Part shown: positions 22,038 through 35,822 of the stretch, one piece after another
How positions within the stretch are numbered: position 1 is the stretch's first letter
Layout: each line of letters starts with the position of its first letter
Assembly: GCA_910592345.1 (NCBI GenBank)
Contig: CAJVPI010000313.1
Span: 1 to 35,822 of the forward strand
Direction of reading: 5' to 3'
DNA from: Paraglomus brasilianum
Lineage: Eukaryota
DNA length: 35,822 nt
Translations under genes and position numbers: made by a program
The notes under the pieces: generated by a model
Told to the model about the DNA's origin: nothing
The model's database searches: none
Seen by the model: the letters and a program-made list of their open reading frames with translations, nothing else

Positions 22038-24813
22038 ATGGGCCGCGACGCACACCACCCACTTTTGTTCGAAATAGCATGGGAAGTGGTTAACAAAGGT
22101 ACGTGAATGATTCATGGAAGCAGCTGTTATTCGTTAGAAAAACTATTTTGATACGTAGCAGCTAGAAAACAGCTATCATAAATACTTGCAAAAAGCAAAG
22201 TGTCAGAATTGGGAACATGTGTTTTTCCCTATCGTCAGCAAATAACACAAAGGCTACTGGAACAATCGTCTTTCTATAATAATCATTACACATGATTTAT
22301 TGTCCCCCATGTCGCACAATATGTTGATCTCATTCTATCTACTTGAAAAATTCACCTTGCAGTTGGTGGAATTCACACAGTAATCAAGTCGAAAGCCCCG
22401 GTTACGGTCCACGAGTATGGAAGCAGATATTGTATGATCGGACCTCTCGTCATGAAACATGCTACTGCAGAGGTTGAACCCATGGTGCCGACTTTACCTC
22501 ATTTGAAGGAAACGCTCGATACAATGGCCAAATATGGTGTAAAGTACATGTATGGACGATGGTTGATTGAAGGAGCGCCGAATGTCATTTTATTTGATAC
22601 GCAATCGCGTCTTGAAAAGCTTGATGAATGGAAGGGTGATCTATGGAATGTAGCTCATATTCCTTCTCCGCCTAACGACTTTGAAACGAATGATGCTATT
22701 TTGTTCGGATATTTGATTTCTTGGTTCTTGAGCGAGGTAATTATTACCAGTCTCTCTATAACCAAATACGACTTTTCCAAGATACGCTAAAAGCTATTAG
22801 CAAGTGGCTTTATTTTGCCATGCAGTTTCATCACACTCATGCTAATGCTTGATATTCTTTTGTCACACATCCAGTTTACTAATCGTGAGAAGTCGAAAGC
22901 TGTCATTGCTCATTTCCACGAATGGCAGTCGTCTGTTGCCATCCCATTGATTCGCAAACGACACATCGATTGCACTACCATCTTCACCACTCATGCTACA
23001 TTGCTTGGTCGTTATTTATGCGCTGGATCTACCGATTTTTACAATAACATTGCACACTTTGCTGTCGATGAAGAAGCAGGCAAACGTGGCATATACCACC
23101 GCTATTGTATAGAAAGAGCTGCTGCGCACTGTTCGGAAGTTTTCACTACTGTTAGTCATATTACAGCATATGAGGCAGAGCACTTATTAAAGCGCAAACC
23201 GGGTAAGAGGATTCTAACAATATATATGTGTCTGTGTGTGTTTGTATATGCGTTTTGCAAGCTCTATTTTTATACTTACAAACATCCCGTATCTTGTTCA
23301 GATGGTGTATTGCCAAATGGTCTAAACGTAGTAAAATTCTCTGCTATGCATGAATTCCAGAATATTCATGCACGTAGCAAAGAGAGGATACACAACTTTG
23401 TCAAAGGTCATTTCTACGGCCATTATGATTTTGATCTTGATAACACATTATATTTCTTTACGGCTGGTCGATACGAGTATAGAAACAAAGGTGTTGATAT
23501 GTTCATCGAATCACTCGCAAGTAAGTATTACAAAATATATGAGTTAGAATATCACTGATACAGAGAACAGAAAACGCTCAATTGTCACTGTTGACTGATA
23601 CTTCCCCTTCTTATAACAGGACTCAATCATCGGTTAAAGTCATGCAACTCGCCAGTAACGGTGGTTGCCTTTATTGTCATGCCTGCTGCTACACACTCGT
23701 ATTCTGTAGAAGCACTTCAAGGTCAAGCTGTAACTAAACAATTACAAGACACTGTAAAAGAAATTACAGATCGGATTGGACAACGAATATTTGAAAAGGC
23801 GGCACGATACACGGGGTATGTAATGCAAACAACAATAAATGCTGAATGCACACCTGCATTATAGTTTCCTCTATAACATTCTAACTTTAACTGTTTTTTG
23901 TAGCGGTGAAATCAAGGCTGCTGTTATTGAATCCTCAGAATTGCTAACAAACGAAGACAAAGTTCTTCTAAAACGTCGTGTAATGGCCCTCAAACGCGAT
24001 GGTCTTCCGCCAATCACAACACACAACATGGCAGATGACTCAAACGACCCAATACTGAAGCAAATACGCGCATCACATCTATTCAACAACCCATCAGATC
24101 GAGTAAAAGTCATCTTCCATCCTGAATTCTTGAGTTCGAACAATCCGCTTTTTGGTCTCGATTACGAAGAATTCGTCCGTGGCTGTCACTTGGGTGTGTT
24201 CCCCAGTTATTATGAACCATGGGGTTATACGCCTGCAGAGTGTACAGTAATGGGAGTTCCGTCAATCACAACTAATCTATCCGGGTTCGGATGCTTCATG
24301 GAAGATGTCATCGAAGCCAATCCAACAGACTATGGTATATACATAGTCGATCGCAGAATGAAGTCGATCGAGGAGTCGGTTCAACAATTGGCAGATTATA
24401 TGCTACAGTTTTGTCAGAAAACTCGCCGACAACGCATTATTCAGCGCAATCGTACAGAGCGATTGTCTGATCTATTAGATTGGCAATTGATGGGTATGGA
24501 ATATGTTCGGGCGCGCAAATTGGCCCTCCACAGATCATATCCTGATGCGTTCAGTGGAGACGTAGATTTTGAGCAGTACAAAGTCAAGTACCCTAAACCT
24601 TTGTCTGCTCCCGCATCACCTAGGATACGTGGCAATGGTGGGTATATTGCTGATGTTGATGAGGTGGGGGAAGAGTTATCTGGTTTAGGTCTTGGTGATA
24701 GGGATGAGGATGAGCGTTCGTACCCAATTATCAATCTTAGAAGAAGACCAAGTGACCCTGCTTCGTTGACTAAGGGTGATACAGTTATTATTAGTAATTA
24801 TAATCAATTGTAG
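22038..24813 (+). CDS. GSY: Glycogen synthase (GT3); exons 22038-22098, 22363-22736, 22875-23202, 23302-23520, 23620-23815, 23904-24813
   Basis: [94 protein letters not shown]. All introns are GT-AG and preserve frame. Confidence 0.97.
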
Positions 24814-26286
24814 TTTATAGAGTTTTGATTATTTATTTTCGTTAATGCTCTACTTGTTCATTGGTATTCTTTGAGAGTGACAATCTCAGTCGGACTTTTG
24901 TTTCTTTCCATCTAGCAAACCCATTTGATGAATTCTATGAGTTTCAGGATCACTGATGATGGTGCGCCTCCTGGAGATAATAATTGGTGATAAGTAGATC
25001 TATCATTACAACACGATGTCGTCTGCCTTTGCAGTCTATTCCGGGGATGAATCGGCTCGCATAAAAAAAATAAATATTATCTAAAGTCAATTGACGTTGT
25101 AATTACTTGGCAGTCTTTCCGTAGCACAGCATATCTACTCTTTCTTCCTGTTTTACCGTTACATCTAATAAACGTCATGTCAATATCGGTTGAATTTATG
25201 CTGACAGCATCCATATACTGAATGTACCATACTCCACTTTGCAAGATCTGCACATATTCTCCACATGCTCTATGCCCTAACTGTTGGGATTTTCATTGCA
25301 AATCTTTTTAAGATATACTAATCCGAATGTCCGTAATGACACGACGGAAAATTCATGTACTAAAAGTTAGCTTCTGAAGGTTTGATTAGCGGTCCATGGT
25401 TTAATCGCCTGACATGGCATTCATATTATAATGATTGCTGTTACTTAAGTGAGTTGGAAACCAGAACAATGAACGCGTTTTCATTCACAATAAAAAATTA
25501 CGATATCTGGCGATTCAGTTTTTTTTTACTGTCGGATAAAGTAAAACAAATAAAAAAGGCAAAGTCCGCTCGCTCGAGGAAGTCATATGTTAGAGTAAAA
25601 ATTGGGTCCAGTGTAATTGGACTAACTTAATATGGTTGGTATATACAAAATTTTAACCAATAATACTGTCTATTACATAACCATGGCTTTGGCAGAAAGA
25701 TCCTTATTATGCCACGAGCCCTCCACTTTACTTTCTTTAGCAACCTTTATCCAATTGGGCTTTGTTCAACGCGCCACAGTTGATAAGGTATGCAACAGTG
25801 ACACGAGTATGAAAAAATCTGAAATTGCCGATATCCACTGTCAATCTATCTCCCTTTCCGTATCTCCCCTCTCGTTATCGCCTCGTTTTATCGATCTGCC
25901 TCAGTCAACTTTACACCTAGAGCGACTCCATACCATAAATTACGTCTTTACATATTCCTTTCTCTGACGAGCCTGCTCTCCAAATACAAACTTTTGGTAA
26001 ATAGCGAATTCTTATTACGGTAAGTCGGATGTATCTTTTATTATTATTGTATACATGGAAAGAAAACGCAACGAGTGCAAGCTGTTTAGTGTTGCTTAGA
26101 ACAGTGAAGTAACTGCACAGGTTAATACGAATCTCTATTCAAACTAACAATCCTGTCTCGGTTTATATACCCAAATCTGTGCTACAGAAAAATTTTTTAA
26201 AACAAAACTAGAATCAATACCTGCTTTATACGACTGCACTTGCGCTTCTCCTTCTTTCGACCCAGTCTTATTCAGCATACTGGACA

Positions 26287-26946
26287 ATGAAAATTTTCAC
26301 AACTTCACACATATTCCGCTATCCCTGGACACAAGTAAGCGCTGCAAATTGGCGCAAATACCCAAATGAGAACTGCCCTCACGTAATAGCAATAGACGTA
26401 ATCGACCAACACGTCGATCCGGAGACAGGCATTCTACGGTTAGAAAGGTTGATAACGTGTAAGCAAAATGTCCCCTCGTTTATACGGCGTTTGTGTGGTG
26501 CAGCATCAGTTACATATGCAAGAGAAATCAGCGAAATAGACCCAAAGAATAAAGTATTAAAGATGACTAGTTGGAATTTGAGTTTGAAGCACTTGGTCAG
26601 TGTTGCTGAGACTGTTGTGTATTCGGAAGATCCCGAAGATTCATCAAGGTAAAATTTCAGGTTTATTGTATTGAAATCCGATGTATTCTACCAACATTCC
26701 AACCGCATACTCATTGTATCAAATTGTCTTATTCATATTTTATGATTATTCATTAGAACTTGCTTTACTCAAGAAGCAAGCATAAAGTGCGGTGAATCTC
26801 TCGAGCGCTTTGCAAATTACATAGAATCTTTTTGCGTCCAGCGATTCCACGACAATGCACAAAAGGGACGTCAAGGATTTGAAACGGTGTTAGAACGACT
26901 GAGGCAGAGCAGAGCAGCGATGCCTGCACAAGAAACGCATGACTAG
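26287..26946 (+). CDS. PRELI/MSF1-family mitochondrial lipid-transfer protein (Ups2-like); exons 26287-26648, 26757-26946
   Basis: MKIFTTSHIFRYPWTQVSAANWRKYPNENCPHVIAIDV...ERLITCKQNVP and C-terminal RFHDNAQKGRQGFETVL. Confidence 0.92.
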
Positions 26947-27278
26947 TATCTCTGCACGATACAATCTCTGTATTTCTCGATTTCAATCCATTCTTTAATA
27001 AGTTTCTCTATTGAACTTTAATTAAAATGTCGACATTTTTGGTCTGCACACGATTTTTATAAACTGCTTCTGTCTATTAATAGATAATTAGATTAGAACA
27101 GACGTTGTAACGTTTGGATAGTTTGCACGTATACATTATCGAATTTTGAATGAGCAAACATCTCAATAATACGTATTGTGAAGAGATGTAGTAATTTTTG
27201 ACTTTCATTTATAAGATAAAAAAATAGAGCGTTCTTCATTTTCAATAAATGTACATATGCATCCATCTACATGTATCG

Positions 27279-28964
27279 TCAGCTATTAGGAGGTGCATTG
27301 GCCTTGTTCATGTGGGAACTCTTTAGTTGTCCACAAGCGGCCAGTATATCTAGTGAATAGGAGTTAAAAAAAAGTGAGGAATTCCGAAAAAATAAACACG
27401 ACAATCATTTGATGAAGGGCTGTTGGCTATAACATGAAAGCTTAATAGGGTCACATTACCTAAGCCTCGGGGAGTTCGAACTGTCGCGTGGATTCCGTTC
27501 TCTATAATAGTGTTGGCAAATTGTTCGATTGTCTCCTTATCGGGTGTTTCGTACCCACTCCCGGGCCACTCGTTGAACGGACTTGATAGGGAAAACCAAT
27601 GGATATAGTGTACAATATGGCCGGTAATTAGAAATCAGTTTTCTTAGGATTAAACATATCACAGCACGTGTACTTACATGACGTTTACATGTGCCGAAAT
27701 GTCTTTCAATAGACGTGCCAATTCCTGCGCATCGTCTAAGCTATCGTTAACCCCTTTTAACAGACAATATCTGTACCAAACGACAAGCGCGCAATTAGTC
27801 TATCGTCATAAGAACACAAAATTTTTTTTTCTTCTTTTTTCAGTAAGACGCATACTCGAATGTGATCCTTCTAGTTCGGTTATTCATTGATTTCGAATAC
27901 TTTCTACATGTGTCCAACAACATGCTGATAGGAAACGTCTTGTTCAACGGAACAATCATGTCTCTCACATCATCGTTTACCGCATGTAGAGATATGGCAA
28001 GGGACACTCCCAACTCTTCTCCAACACGTTTAATCAACGGCACGACTCCTGCAGTTGATATTGTGACTTTATGTTTCGGCATTCCAATTCCTTGAGGATC
28101 CGTCAATATCTTCACAGCCTTACTAACATTCTTATAGTTGTACAGTGGTTCTCCTTGCCCCATAAACACAATATTGGAGACTCGTCGAGTCTTAAGATTT
28201 TCGATTGGAAATTCGTCAACAGCAGCAGCATTGATCATGTATTGACCGACAATCTCTTCAGCTAGGAGATGACGTGTAAGTTTCTGTGTGCCAGTACGAC
28301 AGAAACGGCAGTTAAGACTGCAACCGATTTGGGAAGAGACGCAGAGTGTATGATGATTTTCGCCCATAGGAATTAAAACAGTTTCAATAACGGCCTTAGG
28401 ATCACGGAAGCCAATTAGCATTTTACGTGCCCCATCCTTTGAGAAGTGATCTTGCTGTTGATAAGTTCGTACGGTTGAAAAAGTGACTGGATGTCAGTTG
28501 TAGTATGCGTACTGGCTTTGTTATAACATGTGATGGATCTTGATCTTAATAACATGAAAGTTAACCTTTCGTACGCCATAATCCATACAAAAATGTTCGT
28601 CAAGTTTTTCGCGTAAACTTTGCGAGAGGCTTGTCATTTCATAAAACGATCGAACTCCTACATTAACAAGCCAATTCATGGTCACATAGAGAGATCATAT
28701 AAACGGCTCTGAATACTTCAATAGATTCTTGTCCGAACCCTTTCGGTAAATGAATTGGTATATCTGTAATCCAACAAACGACTTTATTCCTGGTACAACG
28801 GCTGATATTCTTTCCCGTATCTCATCCAGTGTAGCTCCAACAAAATTGGACTTGTTTCCATTGTCTTGTATTGATATTAATGATGTTGCAATAGATTCCC
28901 TTGTGTCTGGAGAATGTGATAGAAAAGTACCAAATCTGCGTAAAGGAAATTGAAGTCTATGCAT
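27279..28964 (-). CDS. rlmN: RlmN/Cfr-family radical-SAM RNA methyltransferase, multi-exon, with probable organellar targeting peptide
   Basis: SKDGARKML, IETVLIP, TLCVSSQIGCSLNCRFCRTG (CxxxCxxC), NIVFMGQGEPLYN, LAISLHA, ITFEY and terminal DILAACGQL. Arg/Ser-rich N-terminus MHRLQFPLRRFGTFLS. Confidence 0.9.
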
Positions 28965-29108
28965 TATAGGGAAAATGCGGAATCTTGAAAAAAAAATTTT
29001 TTTTGAGGGAGTTGATCACGCGCAATCGATTTTTGATGTAAACGCCACAACTAAATGATAGCAAATGGCTATATAAAAGTAATGTTGTCAATGCTTTCAA
29101 AAAGTAAT

Positions 29109-29181
29109 CGCCCAACGTGGGGGTCGAACCCACAACCTTGAGATTAAGAGTCTCACGCTCTACCGATTGAGCTAGCCGGGC
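29109..29181 (-). tRNA. tRNA-Lys(CTT), intronless
   Basis: GCCCGGCTAGCTCAATCGGTAGAGCGTGAGACT-CTT-AATCTCAAGGTTGTGGGTTCGACCCCCACGTTGGGCG forms a canonical cloverleaf, followed by a T4 Pol III terminator. Confidence 0.97.
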
Positions 29182-29440
29182 TTTCAATAGAAGGCTTTGC
29201 ATCAAATTATTATTTAATAAAATTATAAATTCGGACAATTATGTTACTAACAATACGGCTACCTAACCAAAAAAAAAAAATTCTTGCAGAATATTATCAA
29301 AGCCAATTATATGATTAATATTAACACGTTTAATAGTACATCCGCCAGAAGTTGAACAAGTGTATCTACTATCTGTCTTATTAGAGATGTCCGGTAGAAT
29401 ATCATACAAAGTATAAATTAATTAATATTTCAAACTACTG

Positions 29441-30522
29441 TTAATGTCGAGAAATATTTGTATTCGTATTGGCCGCATCGACAATGCACGGTACAGAAAC
29501 AATTCTCTGATTTTCATTCCAGATCAAAGCGGTCAGTTGACCGCCTTTGACACAGGCAGAGTCAATTCCAAAGGAATATCGTCTCAGCGTCAATCCTCTC
29601 GCTGCATCATGTCCATAGACGACAGTCTTTGGAGTTGGCGAATTTTCCTGGGCATCACTCCATATTATAGACCACGGTTGTCCGTACTTTTTGGATTTGG
29701 ATGCAGATCCATCGTTTCGTATGTTGCGCTGTCATAATTGGAGAATTAAAATATCATGGATAAGTAAGCATTTCACGATTCAACAGTGCAATAGTAATAC
29801 TAACCATATTCATAAGATCAAATGGTTTCTGTTGGTCCGGGGGTATATGTGGTAACAGGCCTGCATGTACAACATAAATCCCTAAATCTTTGATCTCGAG
29901 GATCAAAGGACATTGCTGCAAATAATGATAAGCACTCTCGTCCAATTTTCTACCAAAATAGCGACATAGCAGATTAAACATTGTCACTTTCAATATAAGC
30001 ATTGTAATACCACTGTTATCGTTACCTTGCCAACATCTCATGCTCACTATTGGCCACGAGATCTTTAGGCAGCCATCCCCTTTGAATATGTTCACTCAGA
30101 TCAAGTCCATCTTCTTCAAGAAGTCTCAGATATTGTTTCCATTTCAACACCTTGTCGTCATGGTTGCCCCTCACACAACTAGCACCGAGATCATGAACAT
30201 GTCTCGCAACTTCGAGTGAATGAGGTCCCTTAGTTACCAAGTCGCCAACAAATATCAAGTGATCTCTTTCTTTATTATACTTTAGCTTATTGAGTAATTC
30301 CTCCAACTCATGCAGCATTCCATGTACGTCTCCTATAAATATCAGTCGCTTATTATGGTGTTCGGGCTGAAGAACAGATATTTGGGTATAATTTCCGAGA
30401 GCATTATATTCACGAGAATTTATAACCGGTTTGTAGTTGTAGGTAGCAGTAAGTGCAATGACTATAAGGGAAATTAAAGCAAACGTGAGTATTATTCGCT
30501 TCGTAGGAAAGTAGAATAACAT
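29441..30522 (-). CDS. Calcineurin-like metallophosphoesterase, ApaH/Ppn2(YNL217W)-like, with N-terminal membrane anchor; 3 exons
   Basis: GDVHG, GDLVTKG, GNHD, VVHAG, VYGHDAARG and GIDSACVKGGQLTAL motifs; hydrophobic segment IILTFALISLIVIAL. Confidence 0.9.
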
Positions 30523-31179
30523 CGTAATTTTACAGAATAGCCAGCCAAGAGAATTCGGCGGATTTATAGTAGATCTGTCACACCGATTTTCTCATTCGGT
30601 CGTTACCGTTAAAATTTCTGCATATTTTTAGACAATAAAGTTCTATATTATAAAAAAAATAAATTTTTTTCTGCATATTTGACATTAATACTATTTGAAC
30701 AAAGAAACTTATCAGAGTCAAGTATATTTTATTTAGCTAACAATAGTAACAAATGCATATTCGATTTATCTATGCTGTTATGGTATGGTAATATTCGAGA
30801 TGCTAAATACCAATAGATTTAACTTTAATATGCTGTCTGTCAAAAGTAGAGAATATAAACTAATAGCCTGTCTTCGCAAACTACGTAGAAAACAATAAGG
30901 CTTTCTGAATAAGATAATATAGTGATTCTAAGGAATGGGATTCATCGATCATTGAATAGTAATAGTATAATGCCCGATGTTACACAAGGCATGTGACTGT
31001 ATAGAGGGATTTTATAAGTGTCACTGTGAATGTGATTCTATAGCAAAAGCGTGACATTAAGAAATGTGACTGTATGGAAGGTGACTATGGGACTGTAAAT
31101 AAATAAATGCGCATGACTTGCAGATCGTAGCTGAGATTAATTTTTGTCACCAAAATCGTCCTATTTTCGACCCACAGCT

Positions 31180-32594
<1,415 letters not shown>

Positions 32595-33155
32595 TGAATG
32601 GTTAGGGTGCGAACAAGACCGAGTCGAATTCGTGGAGATTGGATCGGAGTCAGTATCTATGAAGAGATAGAGTATCGTATCTACACAGTAATATTTATCA
32701 GATTTTCTCCACGGCTTGGATGAGTATGACGTCTTCTGTTGAACTATTAAACCCGTATCAGATGAGTGCCTTCTTGTGAGTGATACAATAATATCTCTGC
32801 GATGTAATAAGATAACCTGAAACACTCGCAACTAAGTTCTAGTTGTCTGTTGCTCGTTCTGAGAGTTCGGCAAAGGAATAAAATACTCGAAGATGTCTGA
32901 GGCCAGCGATCTGTTTTATGAATAGTGTAGTGCGAGCATGTCCGACCAATGTCAAGTTGACTGCATACATTCATCGTATAGTTGTAAAACAAAGCATCAT
33001 AGGGAATGTTTTCGTTAGAAAGGGTGATGAGATCAAAACTTATGTAGTTATGACCAAATCATTCTTTTTCATAGAAGAAGTGCAGCTAGTATATGCTTCA
33101 AAGTGAAAATGACCAAGATATTAACTCGTATATCTTCTAAATGCGTCAAAAACGT

Positions 33156-33774
33156 TTATTGAACTTTTTCCACCGCTTGGATGAGTGTGATGTTGTCCCC
33201 TTTCAACAATATTCGACCTATTAAAGTGTAATAATGAGCATGTTATTGAGAAGAAGGAAAAACAATAGCATTCGTTATTTTATATATTTGTATATCTGGA
33301 ACCTAAACCCTTCCGCGTGCTCTTCTTGCTGTTGACTTCTTCCGCATTATCAAGCACCAAATTCATAAACTCGTCAAAGCCCTAGAAATTTAAATTCATA
33401 TTAACAGTAATATCTAACATCTTTCGATCTTTGCTAACCATAAAGACAAGCACCATGAACTTACGATTATTTGTCCTTCAATTCTAAGATCTACTTGCTC
33501 GAATAACCAGATCTGTACTCGTGTTTTCTGTCAAATAAAAAACACAAGTTGATTAGATAACCACAAATAGATTGCAAAACCATGTATGCCTACGCGTTTG
33601 TCAATTCCCTCGTAACTTACATTTTGCAGGTACTTGAAGATCAAGTTCTACAGAAGGAAACGAAAAGAGAAAAAGCTTTAATTGTTTGTCGGATTCACTA
33701 TAACAATATCATTTCCTAGTAACCATTATACGTACTATGGGCTGTACCATAATCTTCTGTACTTTTGTCGCCAT
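33156..33774 (-). CDS. SME1: Small nuclear ribonucleoprotein E (SmE), 5 exons
   Basis: [59 protein letters not shown]...[18 protein letters not shown] joined by GT-AG introns. Confidence 0.95.
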
Positions 33775-34491
33775 GGTTGCTGTCGTTTTTATTAGATCGA
33801 CGTGTGGTAAACGAGAGACAAGTACGAAACAAATGGGTTTAAAAGTTGTATGGACACTAATTTTTTGTTATTCGAGCGCAAATTGGGGATTTCAGGGAGC
33901 AGGGTCAAATTTATTTAATGTCCACATTCCGGCGGACTTTTTCGGGAAGGCAAATCCAAAACAGGAAATCAAACATTTATTAGCAGCCACTTCTGCCAAT
34001 TTGAGCATATTGCATAGAGTTTGCTCGTTGTATCAATTAAATTCGACATTCAGTTTCAATTGCATTAAGACATTGGAGGAAAGCAATAGTCGGTGAGAAA
34101 TAAAACATCGTTTCATTCTTGGGAACATTTAAAACAACTTCTAATACGACATGCCTTCATAGGGTTGACAATATTTGAGCCTACACGATAGAGTTCGATC
34201 TTAGAAACAAACTTGAAACCATTTCACCCGTGCGTTGGACAACTGGATACCCGCTCCGAATCATTGGAGAGGGCTACAGCCTTTGTATTATTCAAATCAT
34301 TGCAATTTGTTGTTTAATTTTTTATGAATCTAAAAAGAAATATTCAGCAGAGCAAATAAATTAACATCAGAAGAAGAAAGAAAAAATTACTATTAAAAAT
34401 CAATTTCTGCATAAACTCAATCCTTGCTGCGTCTCAAAACGTCAATCTTACTACAAATCTACTCTCTCCAGCACATGACATAATACTATGC

Positions 34492-35304
34492 TTATGACTT
34501 GTTCCAGGGTTTGAAATATATTAGCAACACGATTACTATAACGGCAATAATGAGTATTAAAATTAAAAGGCAAAGCCACTTTTTCTTCCTTGCTGAAAGA
34601 GCACTAGCCTGAGCCTTATCCAGTTGCTGTTGAGCATTGTCAATCTTTCCGACAGTACCTTCCACATGTTGCTCAATGTCCATTACGACAGCATCTTGCT
34701 GTTCTACAAGAACTTGCATTTCTTCGAATAGTTGCGCTAGCTCGGTTATAGTCGATTCTATTTGCTTGATATCATCGTGACGCTTGCGTACCTCGTTTAG
34801 CGCGTCCCGAGCAGCGCCAGTCTGTACCAGGGCTTGCTGAAATATGGGCTGGTTAGATGCATTTGCTACATAGTTGTCTATCTCTGCATGAGTTGCGTTT
34901 GGATTAACCACTTTATACTGTCTAGCCATTCGCTCCTTTTGTTGTTTCATGTATCCACCTTCAAGCGTTCTGTATTCATCTAATATTCTCGAAAACTTTT
35001 CACTTAAAAATGCATACCGCTGTCGTCGTGGCTGCGAATTAGGATCTGTAGGAGGCCATCGAGCATTCTCGGTAGCGATGTTTTTCAATCTATCACGTAC
35101 GCCAAGAACGAGTTTTCGGGTTTGAGCAACCAATGCGTCTCTTTGAGCGGACGTTTGGGATTCTTGGTAATTCGATGTGCTGGAGAGAATTGAGGTTTGG
35201 AGTGAATTTATGGTTCTGATGTTGTTTTGGATTGTACCCAAGTCTCGCTCAACGTCTTCAAAGAATCCCCCGGAGGAGAAATTTGCCATTTCTAGATTAT
35301 CCAT
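34492..35304 (-). CDS. Plasma-membrane syntaxin (Sso1/2-like t-SNARE)
   Basis: Habc-like helices, RQYKVVNPNAT, SNARE motif ALNEVRKRHDDIKQIESTITELAQLFEEMQVLVEQQD, and ARKKKW followed by a C-terminal TM helix. An upstream coding exon cannot be excluded. Confidence 0.92.
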   Translation of the reverse strand: MDNLEMANFSSGGFFEDVERDLGTIQNNIRTINSLQTSILSSTSNYQESQTSAQRDALVAQTRKLVLGVRDRLKNIATENARWPPTDPNSQPRRQRYAFLSEKFSRILDEYRTLEGGYMKQQKERMARQYKVVNPNATHAEIDNYVANASNQPIFQQALVQTGAARDALNEVRKRHDDIKQIESTITELAQLFEEMQVLVEQQDAVVMDIEQHVEGTVGKIDNAQQQLDKAQASALSARKKKWLCLLILILIIAVIVIVLLIYFKPWNKS

Positions 35305-35822
35305 TAGAAGAAGCTAATATAAACGAGTAGCAGCCGGGCGTTGTCTATCGAAGATTTCAGCTATAGCTAGAGAGTATGTCTTGTGTGTATCTTTCTTCGC
35401 AATGTCTGGAATAGTTAAAATTGAACGTTAACTATTGGCTATAATTTCATGCGTTCTATATATCGCTCACAGCTAGAACGTCAATGGTCGCCCGCTAAAT
35501 GCTTTCTTAGAAGCTCCGTGGTATAGTAAGCACAAATACGATACAACAAAGTACAAATGAGAAAAAAACGGCGCTTTTAACTCCGAACATCCCGTGGGAA
35601 TAGATAGTAATAGATACCGATAAACCGCTAATTGGACGAACGAAGTCATATGACTAGTACTATGACACATTTTTTTTGATCGACCGATTTAATTTAAACC
35701 TACTGGGACATGTCCCTTCGAATGCTTTTTCATAGTAAAGTTGCACAAAATCAATTATTTGTTTTGACTTTGACATGATTTTCTCTTAGATATCAATAAG
35801 ACAACAGCAATTGTAATAATAA

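Noticed and set aside
28964..29181. Functional link between tRNA-Lys and the adjacent RlmN gene
   Set aside because: tRNA-Lys normally carries t6A37 and is not a known RlmN substrate; adjacency is probably coincidental.
28957..29238. 93-aa ORF upstream of rlmN
   Set aside because: A spurious translation through the tRNA-Lys gene.
33737..34096. 119-aa plus-strand ORF
   Set aside because: Overlaps the SmE start and promoter in antisense and has no motifs.

Overview
AT-rich, intron-containing eukaryotic DNA from an early-diverging fungus; gene content and repeat families suggest Mucoromycota/Glomeromycotina (inference). There are three zones. (1) 1-5.9 kb: a decayed Fanzor2/TnpB-like RNA-guided nuclease gene with a candidate omegaRNA stem-loop, followed by an intact Num1/ApsA-type dynein cortical-anchor gene. 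(2) About 6-21.8 kb: a gene-poor island of relics, containing a Tc1-like transposase pseudogene, a chimeric Crinkler-like/Mrr-type nuclease locus, a Crinkler NTPase+REase pseudogene and a zinc-finger-like relic bracketed by ~155-bp inverted repeats, degenerate tandem repeats and a possible Helitron end. (3) 22-35.3 kb: a compact housekeeping cluster of glycogen synthase, PRELI/Ups2, an RlmN-family radical-SAM methyltransferase, tRNA-Lys(CTT), an ApaH/Ppn2-like metallophosphoesterase, complex I PSST/NDUFS7, SmE and an Sso-type syntaxin. The most unusual signal is a 48-bp hairpin-containing mini-element present twice (963-1010 on +, 11549-11596 on -; 43/48 identical). Each copy is flanked by its own ~15-18-bp direct repeat, and one interrupts the Fanzor C-terminus. 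Exon boundaries were read manually and no database searches were run.
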